The notes beneath the pieces are model-generated. The model was not told the origin of the DNA. It searched no databases and was given only the letters and a program-made list of their open reading frames with translations. Made by a program: the position numbers and the translations under genes. Shown piece by piece: positions 1-10,666 of a stretch of DNA of 64,000 bases; position 1 is the first letter of the stretch; each line of letters starts with the position of its first letter. This stretch comes from an uncultured Bifidobacterium sp. (GTDB lineage Bacteria > Verrucomicrobiota > Verrucomicrobiia > Limisphaerales > JADLHS01), in the NCBI GenBank assembly GCA_964561105.1, contig CAZLOH010000008.1:3093-67092 (forward strand), in the 5' to 3' direction.

Positions 1-1
1 G

Positions 2-1225
2 GCGCCAATTGCCGTCCACGAAGAGGTCCACCTGCTGGACGGGGCGCGCGGTCGAAGGGGAATTAAAATTCAGCGCCAGATTGGTCGTGCCGCGGAGCAG
101 CGCACCCGCCGGGAGATTGAGCCACTGGCCGCTGCACGGTTGGGCGAAGGGCGCGGAGAGCGGCTCGCCCACCAGAATGCCCTGGTAGGGATTGGTCAGG
201 CTTTGATAGTAACATTCGGCAATGCTGAAACCGCGCGCCTGATAGAAATAATTCTGCGGCGAAGGGAATTTTTCCAGGTAGGCGCACGGCTCCACCACCG
301 TGCCATAACTGGCCGTCGCCCCGGCCAGCAGCACGTTCCACAAATACGCCTGGCTGCCGTTGGGCTCAAAGAGCTGGCCGCCGTACGAAGTGAGGTTGTC
401 CGCCATGGCACCGGGAACAAAATTCGCCGGTGCGACCGAGTAATTGTAAATGCCGGTCTGATATCCGAGCATGTCGCCCAGATTGAACGCCGCGTTCGAG
501 TTGGTCCGGCTGACGAGGTAATTGCCGCACAGTCGGGTATCAAAGACCACGTTGTCGAACAGCCAGTAGCGCACATTGCGATCCACGTCGGACGTCTTGG
601 CGAGATACACCGCCTGCGCCGGGAACGTGGCATCGCCCGCCACCCCGCGGTCAATGACCTGCCGGGCCTGGGCCAGATTGCTGGAGGTCAGCATCATGGT
701 GAGCCAGGAATTGCTGGCGACATTGATCGGCGGTAGCTGGCGAAAAACTCCCTCGCTGCCGGCGTAGGCATTGGAACTCGCGCCGGGAAGGTTGCAAGAG
801 CCGTACGCGCCGCCACCATCCGGCTGGAAGCCATAGAACAACGCGGCCGTGCTGCTGTTCGCCCCGCTCGTCGCCGGCACGCCGGTATTCTCAACCACGC
901 GGTAAGGCACGTCCATCGAGAGCAGCACATAATCCACCTGATTCGTGAGCTGACGCGCGGCCAACATGGCATTGAGCGGGGCGCGCAGGGTCGTTTCAAA
1001 CGCGCTGCGCGACCACTGGACCTGGCTTCCGCTCCAGTTAATGCGCAGTAGATTCTGCGGCGGAACCCCCCGGCGCTCGCAGTAGTAATTGCCGAGTTGA
1101 ACCGAGTTGGCGCTGTTCTGGTTGACGACCACGACGACGTTCAACCCACTCCCACCCGCGAATAGCTTCGCCGTCGGCAGGCTCACGGCGGCCGTGACCA
1201 GCAGGCATGGCAACAAGTTGTTCAC
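2..1225 (-). CDS. TIGR03790-family secreted protein, 5' part (runs off the left edge of the window)
   Basis: Manual translation of the minus strand from GTG at 1225: VNNLLPCLLVTAAVSLPTAKLFAGGSGLNVVVVVNQNSANSVQLGNYYCERRGVP...GAMADNLTSYGG...GATASYGTVVEPCAYLEKFP. This has a signal peptide and motifs typical of TIGR03790 proteins. It is absent from the ORF track because it is truncated. Confidence 0.8.
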   Translation of the reverse strand, partial: MNNLLPCLLVTAAVSLPTAKLFAGGSGLNVVVVVNQNSANSVQLGNYYCERRGVPPQNLLRINWSGSQVQWSRSAFETTLRAPLNAMLAARQLTNQVDYVLLSMDVPYRVVENTGVPATSGANSSTAALFYGFQPDGGGAYGSCNLPGASSNAYAGSEGVFRQLPPINVASNSWLTMMLTSSNLAQARQVIDRGVAGDATFPAQAVYLAKTSDVDRNVRYWLFDNVVFDTRLCGNYLVSRTNSNAAFNLGDMLGYQTGIYNYSVAPANFVPGAMADNLTSYGGQLFEPNGSQAYLWNVLLAGATASYGTVVEPCAYLEKFPSPQNYFYQARGFSIAECYYQSLTNPYQGILVGEPLSAPFAQPCSGQWLNLPAGALLRGTTNLALNFNSPSTARPVQQVDLFVDGNWR

Positions 1226-1274
1226 GGGGTAATTCTCGCCTGAGATCAAAAGATGGCAACGTGAATTGGCAACC

Positions 1275-3326
1275 TTACAGCCCGGCAACCCAGTCCACCA
1301 GCGCATCATCCGGGAGCAGCCCGGTTTCAATCTTCAGTTTGCCCCGCGCCGCCACCGCCTGGTAAGCCGACGCGATGCCCTGGGTGGGGAATGTCCTGCC
1401 GGTGTGATGCAGCAGCAACGGGTGCGGCGCCGCCAGCATCGCCCCACCCTCGAACGTGCCGAGGTTGCGCAGACCGGGACAGAACAACTCCGGCGCAAGC
1501 AAGGCTTCGTCGTCACTGACGTCCAGCGCGTCAGCATCGGCCACGACCGCATCCGCGCCCGGTGCGGCCAGGAGCGACCACACGCCCGCCCGTCCGCGAC
1601 CGCAGAGCACCACCCGGGATTTACTGCCGAAATCCAAAGTGCGCGCCTGCTCACAAACCGCCAGCAAGTCGCGCACACATTGTTGGAGGTAAGTGCGATT
1701 GTAAGCCGAAAAAAAGTTGCCGAACTGATTCTGGGGTGGCGTGGTGGAGAATTGTTCGATGGCGATAACCGCATAGCCATGTTCCACCAACTTCCGGGTC
1801 AGGCCCAGCGGTTGACCATCCGCTTCGTATCGGCCCGGGCGGGCTTCCGAATCCGCCAGAACCACCAGCACAGGCTTCCCCGAACGTCCCGGCTTCAATT
1901 TGACGGGCGTGAACTGCGTCGCCGCGAGACGCGCGGTTCCACTTCGCTGTCCGATTTCCAACCGGGATCGGATGTACGAGTCACCGTTCACCCGATCCTT
2001 GGTCGTCACCACGCTTTGGTTCACCGGCCAATCCACCAGCAACGTCCGCTGCCAGGCTGGCAGCGTCGTGGCCACGAATCGCTTGAATCCGGCGCGGTTT
2101 CGCGGCGACAGCGCTTCCCACTGTTGCCGGTGCGCCGCCTTGAGCGACGCGATGAACCGATCCGTGGGCAGGGCGTCGTCCGGCAGTTTATGCCCGGGAA
2201 AGACGCGCAAGTCGGCGTTCGACTCCTTCACGTACGGCTGTTCCTTGACCGGAGTTGTGTCCCGCCGCTTCAACAACCAGTGATCGAGCCAGGTATAGAC
2301 CGCCTCACGGGTGGTCTGGTTGTAGTTGTGCCCGAAATCAAACCGCGTGTAGTGGAAATTATCAGCGGCGCCGAGCAGCCGGTAAATGCCGGCGATGGCG
2401 GGACCTTCCACTTCCATGGTCGTCTTCGTCCAATCTCCAGTGGCGGCCACGAGCAACTGCCGGCGCGGCGCCGCGGCCGCCGCGATTTCCATGTTGGAAT
2501 ACTCGACGCGCAAGCCCGGGGCATTTTCGCACAAGCAACCACCCTGCATCGTGTGGCTGACCATCACAATGGGCGCTTGTGCCGCCAGCCGGTCCTCGAT
2601 CGCGCCCAGCATGAAAGTCTGCGTGCCGCCGCCAGAGGCACCGGTGCAGGCCAGTCGTTTCCGATCCACGTCGGGCAGGGACGCCAGAAAATCCAGCGCC
2701 CGGACGCTGTTCCAGGTTTGCAAGCCCATCAGGCTGATGTTCCACAGCAGGTCGGTCTGGTTCGTCCCGAACAACCGGTGGGACACGCCAAACTTCAGCG
2801 TGGGGGGAGTGTCGGGAAACTGCGTGTCGTTGTAGCCTACCATGTCATAGGCGAAGGCCACCATGCCCTGCCGGGCAAAACTGATGCACCGCGCGACCAC
2901 GCTCCCATCGGCAGTGTCCGTGAGCCGGCCCTCCTCCCAATGGCCGTGCGGATTGAGAATGCCGGGAAACGGCCCGCGTCCCCGACCGAGCGGGCGATAC
3001 AGATTGCCGGCCAGATAAAAGCCGGGATAGGTCTGGAAATAAACCTTCTCCACGCTGTAGCCGTCACGCTCGATCTTCCCGAAAATCTGCTCTCGCAACG
3101 GGGACCGCTCCGGCAATGGCCATAGTCCGCAACTCACCAGCACCTGTTCACGGATGTCCCGGGCGCGCTGCTTCCATTCCGCGCGGGTGCTGATTTCGGG
3201 AAACGTGCGCGGCGTGTTCAGGTCGCGGGCGGCGACAGGTTGATCGGCGGCGGGCGCGGAGTTCATGGCAAACGCACAAAGCGCAATGATGGCAAAATAG
3301 GTCCGAAAATAATCAAGTCGTCTCAT
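1275..3326 (-). CDS. Secreted acetylxylan-esterase-like alpha/beta hydrolase with two hydrolase-fold modules
   Basis: Signal peptide, GILNPHGHW motif, nucleophile elbow CTGASGGG, GGCLCEN, and a second degenerate hydrolase module at the C-terminus. Start moved to the ATG at 3326 (MRRLDY). Confidence 0.8.
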   Translation of the reverse strand: MRRLDYFRTYFAIIALCAFAMNSAPAADQPVAARDLNTPRTFPEISTRAEWKQRARDIREQVLVSCGLWPLPERSPLREQIFGKIERDGYSVEKVYFQTYPGFYLAGNLYRPLGRGRGPFPGILNPHGHWEEGRLTDTADGSVVARCISFARQGMVAFAYDMVGYNDTQFPDTPPTLKFGVSHRLFGTNQTDLLWNISLMGLQTWNSVRALDFLASLPDVDRKRLACTGASGGGTQTFMLGAIEDRLAAQAPIVMVSHTMQGGCLCENAPGLRVEYSNMEIAAAAAPRRQLLVAATGDWTKTTMEVEGPAIAGIYRLLGAADNFHYTRFDFGHNYNQTTREAVYTWLDHWLLKRRDTTPVKEQPYVKESNADLRVFPGHKLPDDALPTDRFIASLKAAHRQQWEALSPRNRAGFKRFVATTLPAWQRTLLVDWPVNQSVVTTKDRVNGDSYIRSRLEIGQRSGTARLAATQFTPVKLKPGRSGKPVLVVLADSEARPGRYEADGQPLGLTRKLVEHGYAVIAIEQFSTTPPQNQFGNFFSAYNRTYLQQCVRDLLAVCEQARTLDFGSKSRVVLCGRGRAGVWSLLAAPGADAVVADADALDVSDDEALLAPELFCPGLRNLGTFEGGAMLAAPHPLLLHHTGRTFPTQGIASAYQAVAARGKLKIETGLLPDDALVDWVAGL

Positions 3327-3378
3327 GGTGGTGATGAACGTACCTCTGGGTTTAGCACAGTGCGTAACGAGGGAAAGC

Positions 3379-3410
3379 AAAAACGCCAGCCGGAGAGCCG
3401 GCTGGCGTTT
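3379..3410 (-). terminator. Intrinsic terminator downstream of clpC
   Basis: Perfect inverted repeat ACGCCAGCCGG/CCGGCTGGCGT followed by a T-run on the minus strand, just after the clpC stop at 3433. Confidence 0.75.
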
Positions 3411-3432
3411 GGCAAAGCCCGGGTTCGGGACC

Positions 3433-5931
3433 TCAACTCGAGAGCGCGTCGGCGGCCGAGGTGTTCTGGTTGAAGACCAGTTTTTCCTTGTCGCTCGTCA
3501 CGCGGATCGGTTCGCCCTCGTGAAACTGCCCGCGCAGGAGTTCCTCCGCGAGCGGGTCCTCCAGGAAGCGCTCGACCGCGCGCCGCATGGGCCGCGCGCC
3601 GTATTGCGGGTCGTATCCCTTTTCGACCAGGAAGTCCTTCGCGCTGTTCTCCAGAACGAGATGCAGATTCTTGCCCTTCATGCGACTCGTCACCTTGGCG
3701 ATTTCCAACTCGAGAATCTCGATCAAGTCCGGCTTGGTGAGCGACCGGAAAACAATCGTGTCGTCCAGACGGTTGAGGAATTCCGGCCGGAAGGTCTTCT
3801 TCGCCTCCTCCAGAATCCGCTCCCGCATTTTCTCGTAGCTGGACTCATCCGTGATCGGCGAGAAGCCCAGCGTGGACTGCCGCTTGATCGTGTCCGAACC
3901 GACGTTCGACGTCAGCAGGATGATCGTGTTCCGAAAGTTGACCACACGCCCGACGTTGTCGGTGAGTTTGCCCTCTTCCAAGATCTGCAGAAGCATGTTC
4001 CAAACGTCCGGATGCGCTTTTTCAATTTCGTCGAACAGCACGACGGAATACGGCTTGCGGCGGACCTGCTCGGTCAACTGCCCGCCTTCCTCGAAACCAA
4101 CATAACCCGGCGGCGAACCCACGAGCCGGGACACGTTGAATTTTTCCATGTATTCGCTCATGTCCAGTTGGATGAGCGACTTCGAGTCGCCAAACATCTG
4201 TTCCGCCAGCGTCTTGGCGAGGAGAGTTTTGCCGACGCCCGTGGGCCCGAGCAGGAGAAAAGTCCCGATGGGCCGGCGGGGATCCTTGAGATCCGCCCGG
4301 GAGCGGCGCAGCGCCTTGCAGATGGCCGACACGCCTTCGCGTTGGCCGATGACGACCTTGCCCATTTCGCCTTCGACGGCGAGCAAACGGTGCATCTCGT
4401 CCTGACCCATGCGTTGCAACGGCACGCCCGTCCACTTGGACACGATGTGCAGGATGTCCTCATCGCCAATGACCACCCGCTGTTCCTCGCGCGAGGTGCG
4501 CCATTCGCGCATGATGGTTTCCAGCTTTTCCTTGGCCTTCTTCTCTTCGTCGCGCATGTGGGCCGCGCCTTCGAAGTCCTGATTCTTGATGGCCTTCTCT
4601 TTCTTGCCTTTGATCGCTTCGATCTCCAGCTCGATCTGTTTGACCTCCGGCGGGCGCGTCATGGTACTGATGCGCGCCCGCGAACCGGCTTCGTCGAGGA
4701 CGTCAATCGCCTTGTCAGGTAGAAAACGGTCGGTGATGTAACGATCCGAAAGCCGCACCGCCGCCGCCACCGCGTCATCCGTGAACTCGGCCTTGTGATG
4801 CTCTTCGTATTTGGCGCGCAGTCCCTTCAGGATTTCGATGGCATCCTCGATGGACGGCGCTTCGACGCGCACGGACTGGAAGCGCCGCTCCAGGGCCGCG
4901 TCTTTTTCGATATACTTGCGATATTCATTCAGCGTCGTCGCGCCGACACATTGCATCTCGCCACGGCTGAGGGCGGGCTTGATGATATTCGAGGCGTCCA
5001 TCGTGCCCTCCGCCGAGCCGGCCCCGACAATGGTGTGCAACTCGTCAATGAACAGAATGATGTTTTTGGCGCGGCGAATTTCGTCCATCACCGCCTTGAT
5101 GCGTTCCTCGAACTGGCCACGATACTTCGTGCCCGCCACCATCAGCGCCAGGTCCAGCGTGATGACGCGCTTGTCGCGCAGGATTTCCGGCACGTTGCCC
5201 TTGGCGATCTCCTGGGCGAGACCTTCGACGATGGCCGTTTTGCCCACGCCCGCTTCACCGAGCAACACCGGATTGTTTTTGGTGCGCCGGCAAAGAATCT
5301 GGATGACGCGCTCGATTTCGTTCTTGCGACCGATGACCGGGTCCATGTCGCCCTTGCGGGCGATTTCCGTCAGGTCACGACCAAAAGCTTTCAGGGCCGG
5401 CGTCTTCACCTCACCCTTCTTGTCGCCCGCAGCCGGCTTTTCCGGGTGTTCTCCCGCCGTCTGCTCTTCCTGGGCGGCAAAGTTTGGATCCAGTTCCTTC
5501 AAAATCTCCTGCCGGGTCTGTTCAATATCCACTTCCAGATTCTTCAATACACGAGCGGCGACTCCGTCACCCTCGCGGAGCAGCCCGAGCAGGATGTGCT
5601 CCGTGCCCACGTACGTATGATTGAGCGCCTTGGCTTCCTTCGAAGCCAGCGCGAGGACTTTCTTGACGCGCGGCGTGTAGGGAATGTTGCCGATCATTTT
5701 CTGATCCGGCCCGGTGCCGACCTGTTTCTCGACTTCCATCCGGACGGTTTCCAGGTCGAGATCCATCTTCTGGAGCACGTTGACGGCGACGCCCTGGCCG
5801 AGTTTGATCAACCCCAGCAGGAGGTGTTCGGTGCCGACGAAATTGTGGTTGAAGCGATCGGCTTCCTTGCGGGCCAGCGCGAGCACCTGCTGCGCGCGCG
5901 GCGTAAAATTGTTCATGGCTTCTTCGCTCAT
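3433..5931 (-). CDS. clpC: ATP-dependent Clp protease ATP-binding subunit ClpC
   Basis: Clp N-domain repeats (FTPRAQQVL), Walker A motifs GEAGVGKT and [11 protein letters not shown] coiled coil, and location downstream of mcsA/mcsB. Confidence 0.95.
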   Translation of the reverse strand: MSEEAMNNFTPRAQQVLALARKEADRFNHNFVGTEHLLLGLIKLGQGVAVNVLQKMDLDLETVRMEVEKQVGTGPDQKMIGNIPYTPRVKKVLALASKEAKALNHTYVGTEHILLGLLREGDGVAARVLKNLEVDIEQTRQEILKELDPNFAAQEEQTAGEHPEKPAAGDKKGEVKTPALKAFGRDLTEIARKGDMDPVIGRKNEIERVIQILCRRTKNNPVLLGEAGVGKTAIVEGLAQEIAKGNVPEILRDKRVITLDLALMVAGTKYRGQFEERIKAVMDEIRRAKNIILFIDELHTIVGAGSAEGTMDASNIIKPALSRGEMQCVGATTLNEYRKYIEKDAALERRFQSVRVEAPSIEDAIEILKGLRAKYEEHHKAEFTDDAVAAAVRLSDRYITDRFLPDKAIDVLDEAGSRARISTMTRPPEVKQIELEIEAIKGKKEKAIKNQDFEGAAHMRDEEKKAKEKLETIMREWRTSREEQRVVIGDEDILHIVSKWTGVPLQRMGQDEMHRLLAVEGEMGKVVIGQREGVSAICKALRRSRADLKDPRRPIGTFLLLGPTGVGKTLLAKTLAEQMFGDSKSLIQLDMSEYMEKFNVSRLVGSPPGYVGFEEGGQLTEQVRRKPYSVVLFDEIEKAHPDVWNMLLQILEEGKLTDNVGRVVNFRNTIILLTSNVGSDTIKRQSTLGFSPITDESSYEKMRERILEEAKKTFRPEFLNRLDDTIVFRSLTKPDLIEILELEIAKVTSRMKGKNLHLVLENSAKDFLVEKGYDPQYGARPMRRAVERFLEDPLAEELLRGQFHEGEPIRVTSDKEKLVFNQNTSAADALSS

Positions 5932-5946
5932 AGTTACCTCACCTTG

Positions 5947-7071
5947 CTATGGTTTGCTGCCTTTGTCCATTCCGGCGGTGGACGGGCCGGCGGGGCGGGC
6001 CACGGGCCGGCGAATGGGCTTGAGCCGCTCGCGCAACATATCCGCACGGAGCAGGTCGCGTTCCTCGGCGGAGAGCTTCTCCGAGTGCTGCGCGTGCTGC
6101 TTTTGCAGATGGGCCGGCTGGGTCAGGATGAACAACTCATCCACCAACGCGGCGTCCGCGCCCGGGAACGATCCCACTTCCACGCCCAGCCGCAGCAGGG
6201 AGAGGAGGTTCATCGTTTCCTTGGAGGAAATGCTATGCGCATTGGCCAGGATGCCGTAAGCGCGCCCGATGTGGTTGTGAATCATCTTGGGCTTCTTTTC
6301 GAGCAAGGTTGCCCGGGCGTTTTCCTCGTGCTCGATGATTTGGGCCAGGACCTTCTCCAACCGCTCCACGATGGTCAGCTCGGTTTCGCCCAGTGTCATC
6401 TGGTTGGACACCTGGAAGACGTTGCCCAGGGCTTCCGTGCCTTCGCCGTAAAGTCCGCGCACCGCCAGCCCGAGCTTGTTGACCGATTGAATGATCGGAT
6501 TGATCTGATCGGCGAGCACCAATCCGGGCAGATGCAACATCGCGCTCACCCGGATGCCCGTGCCCAGATTGGTCGGGCAGGCGGTCAAATACCCCAGCGC
6601 ATTGCTGAAGGCGTAGTCAAGTTTCTGTTCCAACTCCGAGTCCAGCCGGTCAATCTCGTTCCACGCCTGGCGCAGTTGCAATCCCGGGCGCAACGCCTGC
6701 ATCCGCAAGTGATCCTCCTCGTTAATCATCACGCAGAGGGTCTCCTCCGGATTGAGGACGAGTCCGCTGCCCGCCTTTTTTGCGGCGTGCTCGCGGCTGA
6801 TCAGATGCCGCTCCACCAGGATGTGCTTGTCCAGTTCGGCGAGATTATCAATCGTTTCGGAAAACGCGCCCTTCATCTCCGGCAGACTCTCGACCGCCGG
6901 CCGGACGATCTCCAGTACCCGCACGCGGTCAGGCTTTTTGGCCCACCCGGGAAAAGGCCCATCCGCAAGATTGCGCGCCAGTCGCACCCGACTCGACAGG
7001 ACGATGCGGTCGTTCGGCCCTCTGCGCTGGGCGCTGGCGGCCGGTGAAATAAGAAATTGGTCGAGGTCCAT
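5947..7071 (-). CDS. mcsB: Protein-arginine kinase McsB
   Basis: SSRVRLARN, NEEDHLR and CPTNLGTG phosphagen-kinase motifs; located between mcsA and clpC. Confidence 0.93.
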   Translation of the reverse strand: MDLDQFLISPAASAQRRGPNDRIVLSSRVRLARNLADGPFPGWAKKPDRVRVLEIVRPAVESLPEMKGAFSETIDNLAELDKHILVERHLISREHAAKKAGSGLVLNPEETLCVMINEEDHLRMQALRPGLQLRQAWNEIDRLDSELEQKLDYAFSNALGYLTACPTNLGTGIRVSAMLHLPGLVLADQINPIIQSVNKLGLAVRGLYGEGTEALGNVFQVSNQMTLGETELTIVERLEKVLAQIIEHEENARATLLEKKPKMIHNHIGRAYGILANAHSISSKETMNLLSLLRLGVEVGSFPGADAALVDELFILTQPAHLQKQHAQHSEKLSAEERDLLRADMLRERLKPIRRPVARPAGPSTAGMDKGSKP

Positions 7072-7077
7072 AGGCGC

Positions 7078-7584
7078 TCAGACGGTGACGGCGGCGGCCA
7101 GGCGACCGCTCACCTGTTTGATTTCATCCCGCAATTGCGCGGCTTGCTCGAAATTTTCCGCCTCAATCGCTTGATTCAATTTATCCTGCAAGCGACTCAG
7201 TTGCTCGGTCAAATCGCGTTTGGCCCGGAGCGCTTGCGGCACCTTGCCGGCGTGCCGCGTCCCCTTGTGCATGGACTTGAGCAATCCGCCCAGCCCTTCC
7301 GAGAACGTCTCGTAACATGCCGGGCAGCCGAGCCGGCCCGATTTCTTGAAGTCGGCGTGCGTGAAACCGCACTGCGGGCATTTGGCGTCCGGGCCGCCGA
7401 CCGATTGCTCCAGCTCCTGCGAAGCGCCGAGGCCCAGCAGCAGGTCCGCCAGCGCGAAGCTGGAATCATTCACCCCTTTGAGCTTGGCGCACTCCTCGCA
7501 CAAATCCACCTTGTGCATCTTGTCGCCTTTGATGTCCGTCAGATGCACCTTCGCCGGCTTTTCTTTGCAAACGCAACACAGCAT
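7078..7584 (-). CDS. mcsA: McsA, zinc-binding UvrB/UvrC-motif activator of McsB
   Basis: CxxC pairs (CVCKEK, LCEECA, CPQCG, GCPACY), KSGRLGC and a C-terminal UVR motif (ENFEQAAQLRDEI). Start set at MLCCVC. Confidence 0.92.
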   Translation of the reverse strand: MLCCVCKEKPAKVHLTDIKGDKMHKVDLCEECAKLKGVNDSSFALADLLLGLGASQELEQSVGGPDAKCPQCGFTHADFKKSGRLGCPACYETFSEGLGGLLKSMHKGTRHAGKVPQALRAKRDLTEQLSRLQDKLNQAIEAENFEQAAQLRDEIKQVSGRLAAAVTV

Positions 7585-7588
7585 AATT

Positions 7589-8461
7589 CTATTCGTATAT
7601 CGGCTCACCCGAGGCGTTCGTCAAGGTGCGGTAATTCTCCACCAACCGGCGCGTGAACGGGCCGGGTTTCCCGCTGCCGATGACGCGGCCATCCACCTTC
7701 ACCACCGGCATGATTTCCGCGCCGGTGCCGGTGAGGAAACACTCATCCGCATTGAACAGATCATATCGCGTCAGATTCGGTTCCGAAACCTGCAACCCGG
7801 CTTGCCCGGCCAGTTCCATCACCGTTCCCCGCGTAATGCCGTAGAGCGCCCCCGCCGAAAGGGGCGGTGTGGCCAGTGTGCCGTTCTTGATGATGAATAA
7901 ATTATCCGCCGTCCCCTCCGCCACGTAGCCTTCGGCGTTCAGCATCACCGCCTCCTCCACCCCGGCGTTGTTCGCCTCGATCTTGGCCAGAATGTTGTTC
8001 AGGTAGTTCAACGACTTGATGGCCGGATTCACCGCGCTGTGCAAATTGCGCACGGTCGGCACCGTCACGATGTCCATGCCCTGGGCATACAACTCCGCCG
8101 GGTACACTTGGATCTTGCCGGCAATGATGATCACGGACGGCTTTTTGCACCGGCGCGGATTCAAGCCCAGCGTTCCCACGCCGCGCGTGACCACGAGCCG
8201 GATGTAGGCATCGCGCAACTTGTTCCGCCGGCACGTTTCGATCGTGGCCCGCATCAAGGCCGCATGCGACATCGGCACGGTGAGCAAAATGGCCTTGGCC
8301 GAGTAAAACAGCCGGTCAATGTGCTCCCGGAGTTTGAAGACGCGACCATTGTAAGCCCGGATGCCCTCAAACACGCCGTCGCCGTACAACAGCCCGTGAT
8401 CGAGCACCGACACCTTCGCGTCCCGTTCGGCGCAGTATTTTCCGTCAATAAAAACTTTCAT
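7589..8461 (-). CDS. ilvE: Branched-chain amino acid aminotransferase (fold-type IV PLP enzyme)
   Basis: HGLLYGDGVFEGIRAY, IKSLNY (PLP lysine), EGTADN, GITRG and FLTGTGAEI. Start set at MKVFIDG (8461). Confidence 0.92.
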   Translation of the reverse strand: MKVFIDGKYCAERDAKVSVLDHGLLYGDGVFEGIRAYNGRVFKLREHIDRLFYSAKAILLTVPMSHAALMRATIETCRRNKLRDAYIRLVVTRGVGTLGLNPRRCKKPSVIIIAGKIQVYPAELYAQGMDIVTVPTVRNLHSAVNPAIKSLNYLNNILAKIEANNAGVEEAVMLNAEGYVAEGTADNLFIIKNGTLATPPLSAGALYGITRGTVMELAGQAGLQVSEPNLTRYDLFNADECFLTGTGAEIMPVVKVDGRVIGSGKPGPFTRRLVENYRTLTNASGEPIYE

Positions 8462-8617
8462 GTCCAAACCTCGGCAAGCTAGGAGAAACCACAGGTCAAC
8501 GCAAACGGGAATTTCCACCGCCAAACTCATTTTCCTTTCCTGCCGGCAACCACTGCGTAAAATCCGTGCCGCCGCCGGCGGGAGCCGCGGTCATACTCAC
8601 TTGCAACCGATCAATAC

Positions 8618-9109
8618 ATGACCAACAAACCAACCGTAGGAATCCTGATGGGCAGCGACTCGGACTGGCCCACCATGAAAGCCGCCGCCGAGGCGCTGAA
8701 GGAATTCGACCTCGTTTCCGAAGCAAAGGTTATCTCCGCCCACCGCACACCGCGCGACCTTGAACAATATGTTTCCTCCGCCCGCGAACGCGGCTTGCGC
8801 GTCATCATTGCGGGGGCCGGCGGCGCGGCGCATCTGCCCGGAGTCACCGCGGCCTTCACCACCCTGCCCGTCATCGGCGTGCCCATCCTGGGCAAAGCCC
8901 TCGATGGCCTGGATTCATTGCTTTCCATCGTTCAAATGCCGCCCGGAGTTCCGGTGGCAACCGTCGGCGTCAATGCCGCGCGCAACGCGGGACTCCTCGC
9001 CGCCCAGATCATCGGCAGCGGTGATGCGGCAATGCAGACCAAGCTCGATGCCTTCAAGGAGAAACTCGCCGTCGAGTCGCGCGCCAAAAACAAAACCCTC
9101 GCCGCCTGA
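8618..9109 (+). CDS. purE: N5-carboxyaminoimidazole ribonucleotide mutase (class I PurE)
   Basis: [24 protein letters not shown] and [13 protein letters not shown] motifs. Confidence 0.95.
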   Translation: MTNKPTVGILMGSDSDWPTMKAAAEALKEFDLVSEAKVISAHRTPRDLEQYVSSARERGLRVIIAGAGGAAHLPGVTAAFTTLPVIGVPILGKALDGLDSLLSIVQMPPGVPVATVGVNAARNAGLLAAQIIGSGDAAMQTKLDAFKEKLAVESRAKNKTLAA

Positions 9110-9118
9110 CCTGCCGCC

Positions 9119-9760
9119 ATGCAAAAACTTATTGCCGGCGTCCACAAATTCCAGACCGGCGAATTCGGGAACTACCAGAAACTGTTTCACAAACTTTCGC
9201 AGGAGGGCCAGGACCCGCACACGCTGTTCATCACCTGCTCGGACTCCCGGGTGATCGCCGAGCTGATCACGCAGAGCAAGCCCGGGGATTTGTTTGTCGT
9301 CAAAAATATCGGCAACATTGTCCCCCCGGCCGACGTCACCGGCAGCACCAATTCCACCGCCGCCGCGATCGAGTTCGCCGTCGGGAATCTGCACGTAAGC
9401 GACGTGGTGGTCTGCGGCCATTCCCAGTGCGGCGCGATGACGGCCTTGCTGACGGACCTGCCGGCGAATCAGGCCACGCCCAATTTGCGGGAATGGCTGG
9501 CGCTGGCCGCTCCGGTGCGTCAAGTCCTCCAAACGGAATACGCCCACCTAACCAGCCAGGCCGAACGCGTCACCGCCGCCGCCGAGGAAAATGTGCTGTT
9601 CGCGCTGGAAAATTTGCGCGGTTATCCCACCGTGCAAGCCCGCCTGGCCGATGGCTCGCTGCGATTGCACGGCTGGTTCTTCAAAATTGCCACGGCCGAA
9701 CTGTTCGCCTACGACCCAGACTCCAAACAGTTCCTACCGCTGGTCGCGGATCGGCAGTAA
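9119..9760 (+). CDS. Beta-class carbonic anhydrase
   Basis: Zinc ligands in CSDSR and HSQCG; PGDLFVVKNIGN. Confidence 0.92.
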   Translation: MQKLIAGVHKFQTGEFGNYQKLFHKLSQEGQDPHTLFITCSDSRVIAELITQSKPGDLFVVKNIGNIVPPADVTGSTNSTAAAIEFAVGNLHVSDVVVCGHSQCGAMTALLTDLPANQATPNLREWLALAAPVRQVLQTEYAHLTSQAERVTAAAEENVLFALENLRGYPTVQARLADGSLRLHGWFFKIATAELFAYDPDSKQFLPLVADRQ

Positions 9761-9829
9761 ATTTTCGTGTGCGGAATCGCCGGCGATGCCGCCTGCCGTG
9801 TCGCCCGAATTCTGGAAACGGCCGGCAGT

Positions 9830-10474
9830 TCAGCGGCCAACCACTTTGAGGCCCAGGCAGGGAATACCCACGACTTGCAGTAGCGAGAGGCACGCGGGCA
9901 GGAGCATCTCCATCGCTCGGGCTTGTTTAATATCGCCCAGGTCGAGAACATCCTGCCAGCCCAGATCGGTCAACAGCACCATGACCGCAGTCTTGGCTGC
10001 TGCGTCGTTGCCGCAGAGCAGCATGGTGGGATGACCGCCCTGCGCCGGATTCACCATCACTTCGCTCTGCACCATGTTCAGCGTTTTGACCACCTGGCTC
10101 CGGGGCAGCGCCTTTTGCACCTGCTCTCCGAGCGAATCCGTGTTGCAGATCAGCAGCGATGGCGGTGTGCCCCGGGAAAAATCCAACGGGTTGCTCACGT
10201 CCACCACGATTTTGTCGGCGAACGCGGCTGGCCCCACAGCGCGGATCACTTCCAACGTCGCCTCGCCTTTGGTGCAGAGAAACAGGAGCTCGCTCAACGC
10301 GGCCGCGTCGGCAAACGTCCCTTGCGAAGCATTGATCCCTTGCGCCTGAGCCCAACGGGCGGCGTTGAGATTGTCGGGCGCGCGCGACCCCATGGTGACG
10401 TGGTGACCGAGTTGCACGAGTTTTGTTCCGAGCGCCTGACCGACCGATCCGGTTCCTAAAACACCAATTTTCAT
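9830..10474 (-). CDS. NADPH-dependent F420 reductase-like NAD(P)-binding oxidoreductase
   Basis: Rossmann motif MKIGVLGTGSVG, VDVSNPL, SLGEQVQ and VVKTLN. The ORF-track N-terminal extension to 10954 is judged spurious. Confidence 0.85.
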   Translation of the reverse strand: MKIGVLGTGSVGQALGTKLVQLGHHVTMGSRAPDNLNAARWAQAQGINASQGTFADAAALSELLFLCTKGEATLEVIRAVGPAAFADKIVVDVSNPLDFSRGTPPSLLICNTDSLGEQVQKALPRSQVVKTLNMVQSEVMVNPAQGGHPTMLLCGNDAAAKTAVMVLLTDLGWQDVLDLGDIKQARAMEMLLPACLSLLQVVGIPCLGLKVVGR

Positions 10475-10632
10475 AATCCGATTCGTCCTCCTACTCCTCA
10501 CTTTAGCACGGGACAAAAAGCGCGCCGCAAAAGAATTTTGGCCCACCGTCCACGACGACTCCGCTGGCTGGAATCGGGACAGATTGGGAAAATGCCAGGA
10601 TGTGCGCGATTCCCCCGCTGAGCACGCGCGGA

Positions 10633-10660
10633 TTGCCAACGGTCGCTCTCCGGTTAAACT
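10633..10660 (+). promoter_or_regulatory. Sigma70-like promoter for the HAD-NUDIX/folB operon, probably leaderless
   Basis: TTGCCA-16 nt-TAAACT, with the GTG start 6 nt after the -10 box. Confidence 0.6.
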
Positions 10661-10666
10661 GCGAGC

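Noticed and set aside
6082-6099. Short CAGCAC-GCG-CAGCAC duplication in mcsB (QHAQH)
   Set aside because: A small in-frame slippage event near the C-terminus with no evident functional meaning.
1266-7047. Long opposite-strand ORFs (1266-3125, 3325-4722, 4795-7047 and similar ones throughout the window)
   Set aside because: These are antisense shadows of well-supported genes, as expected in GC-rich DNA; they carry no family motifs.
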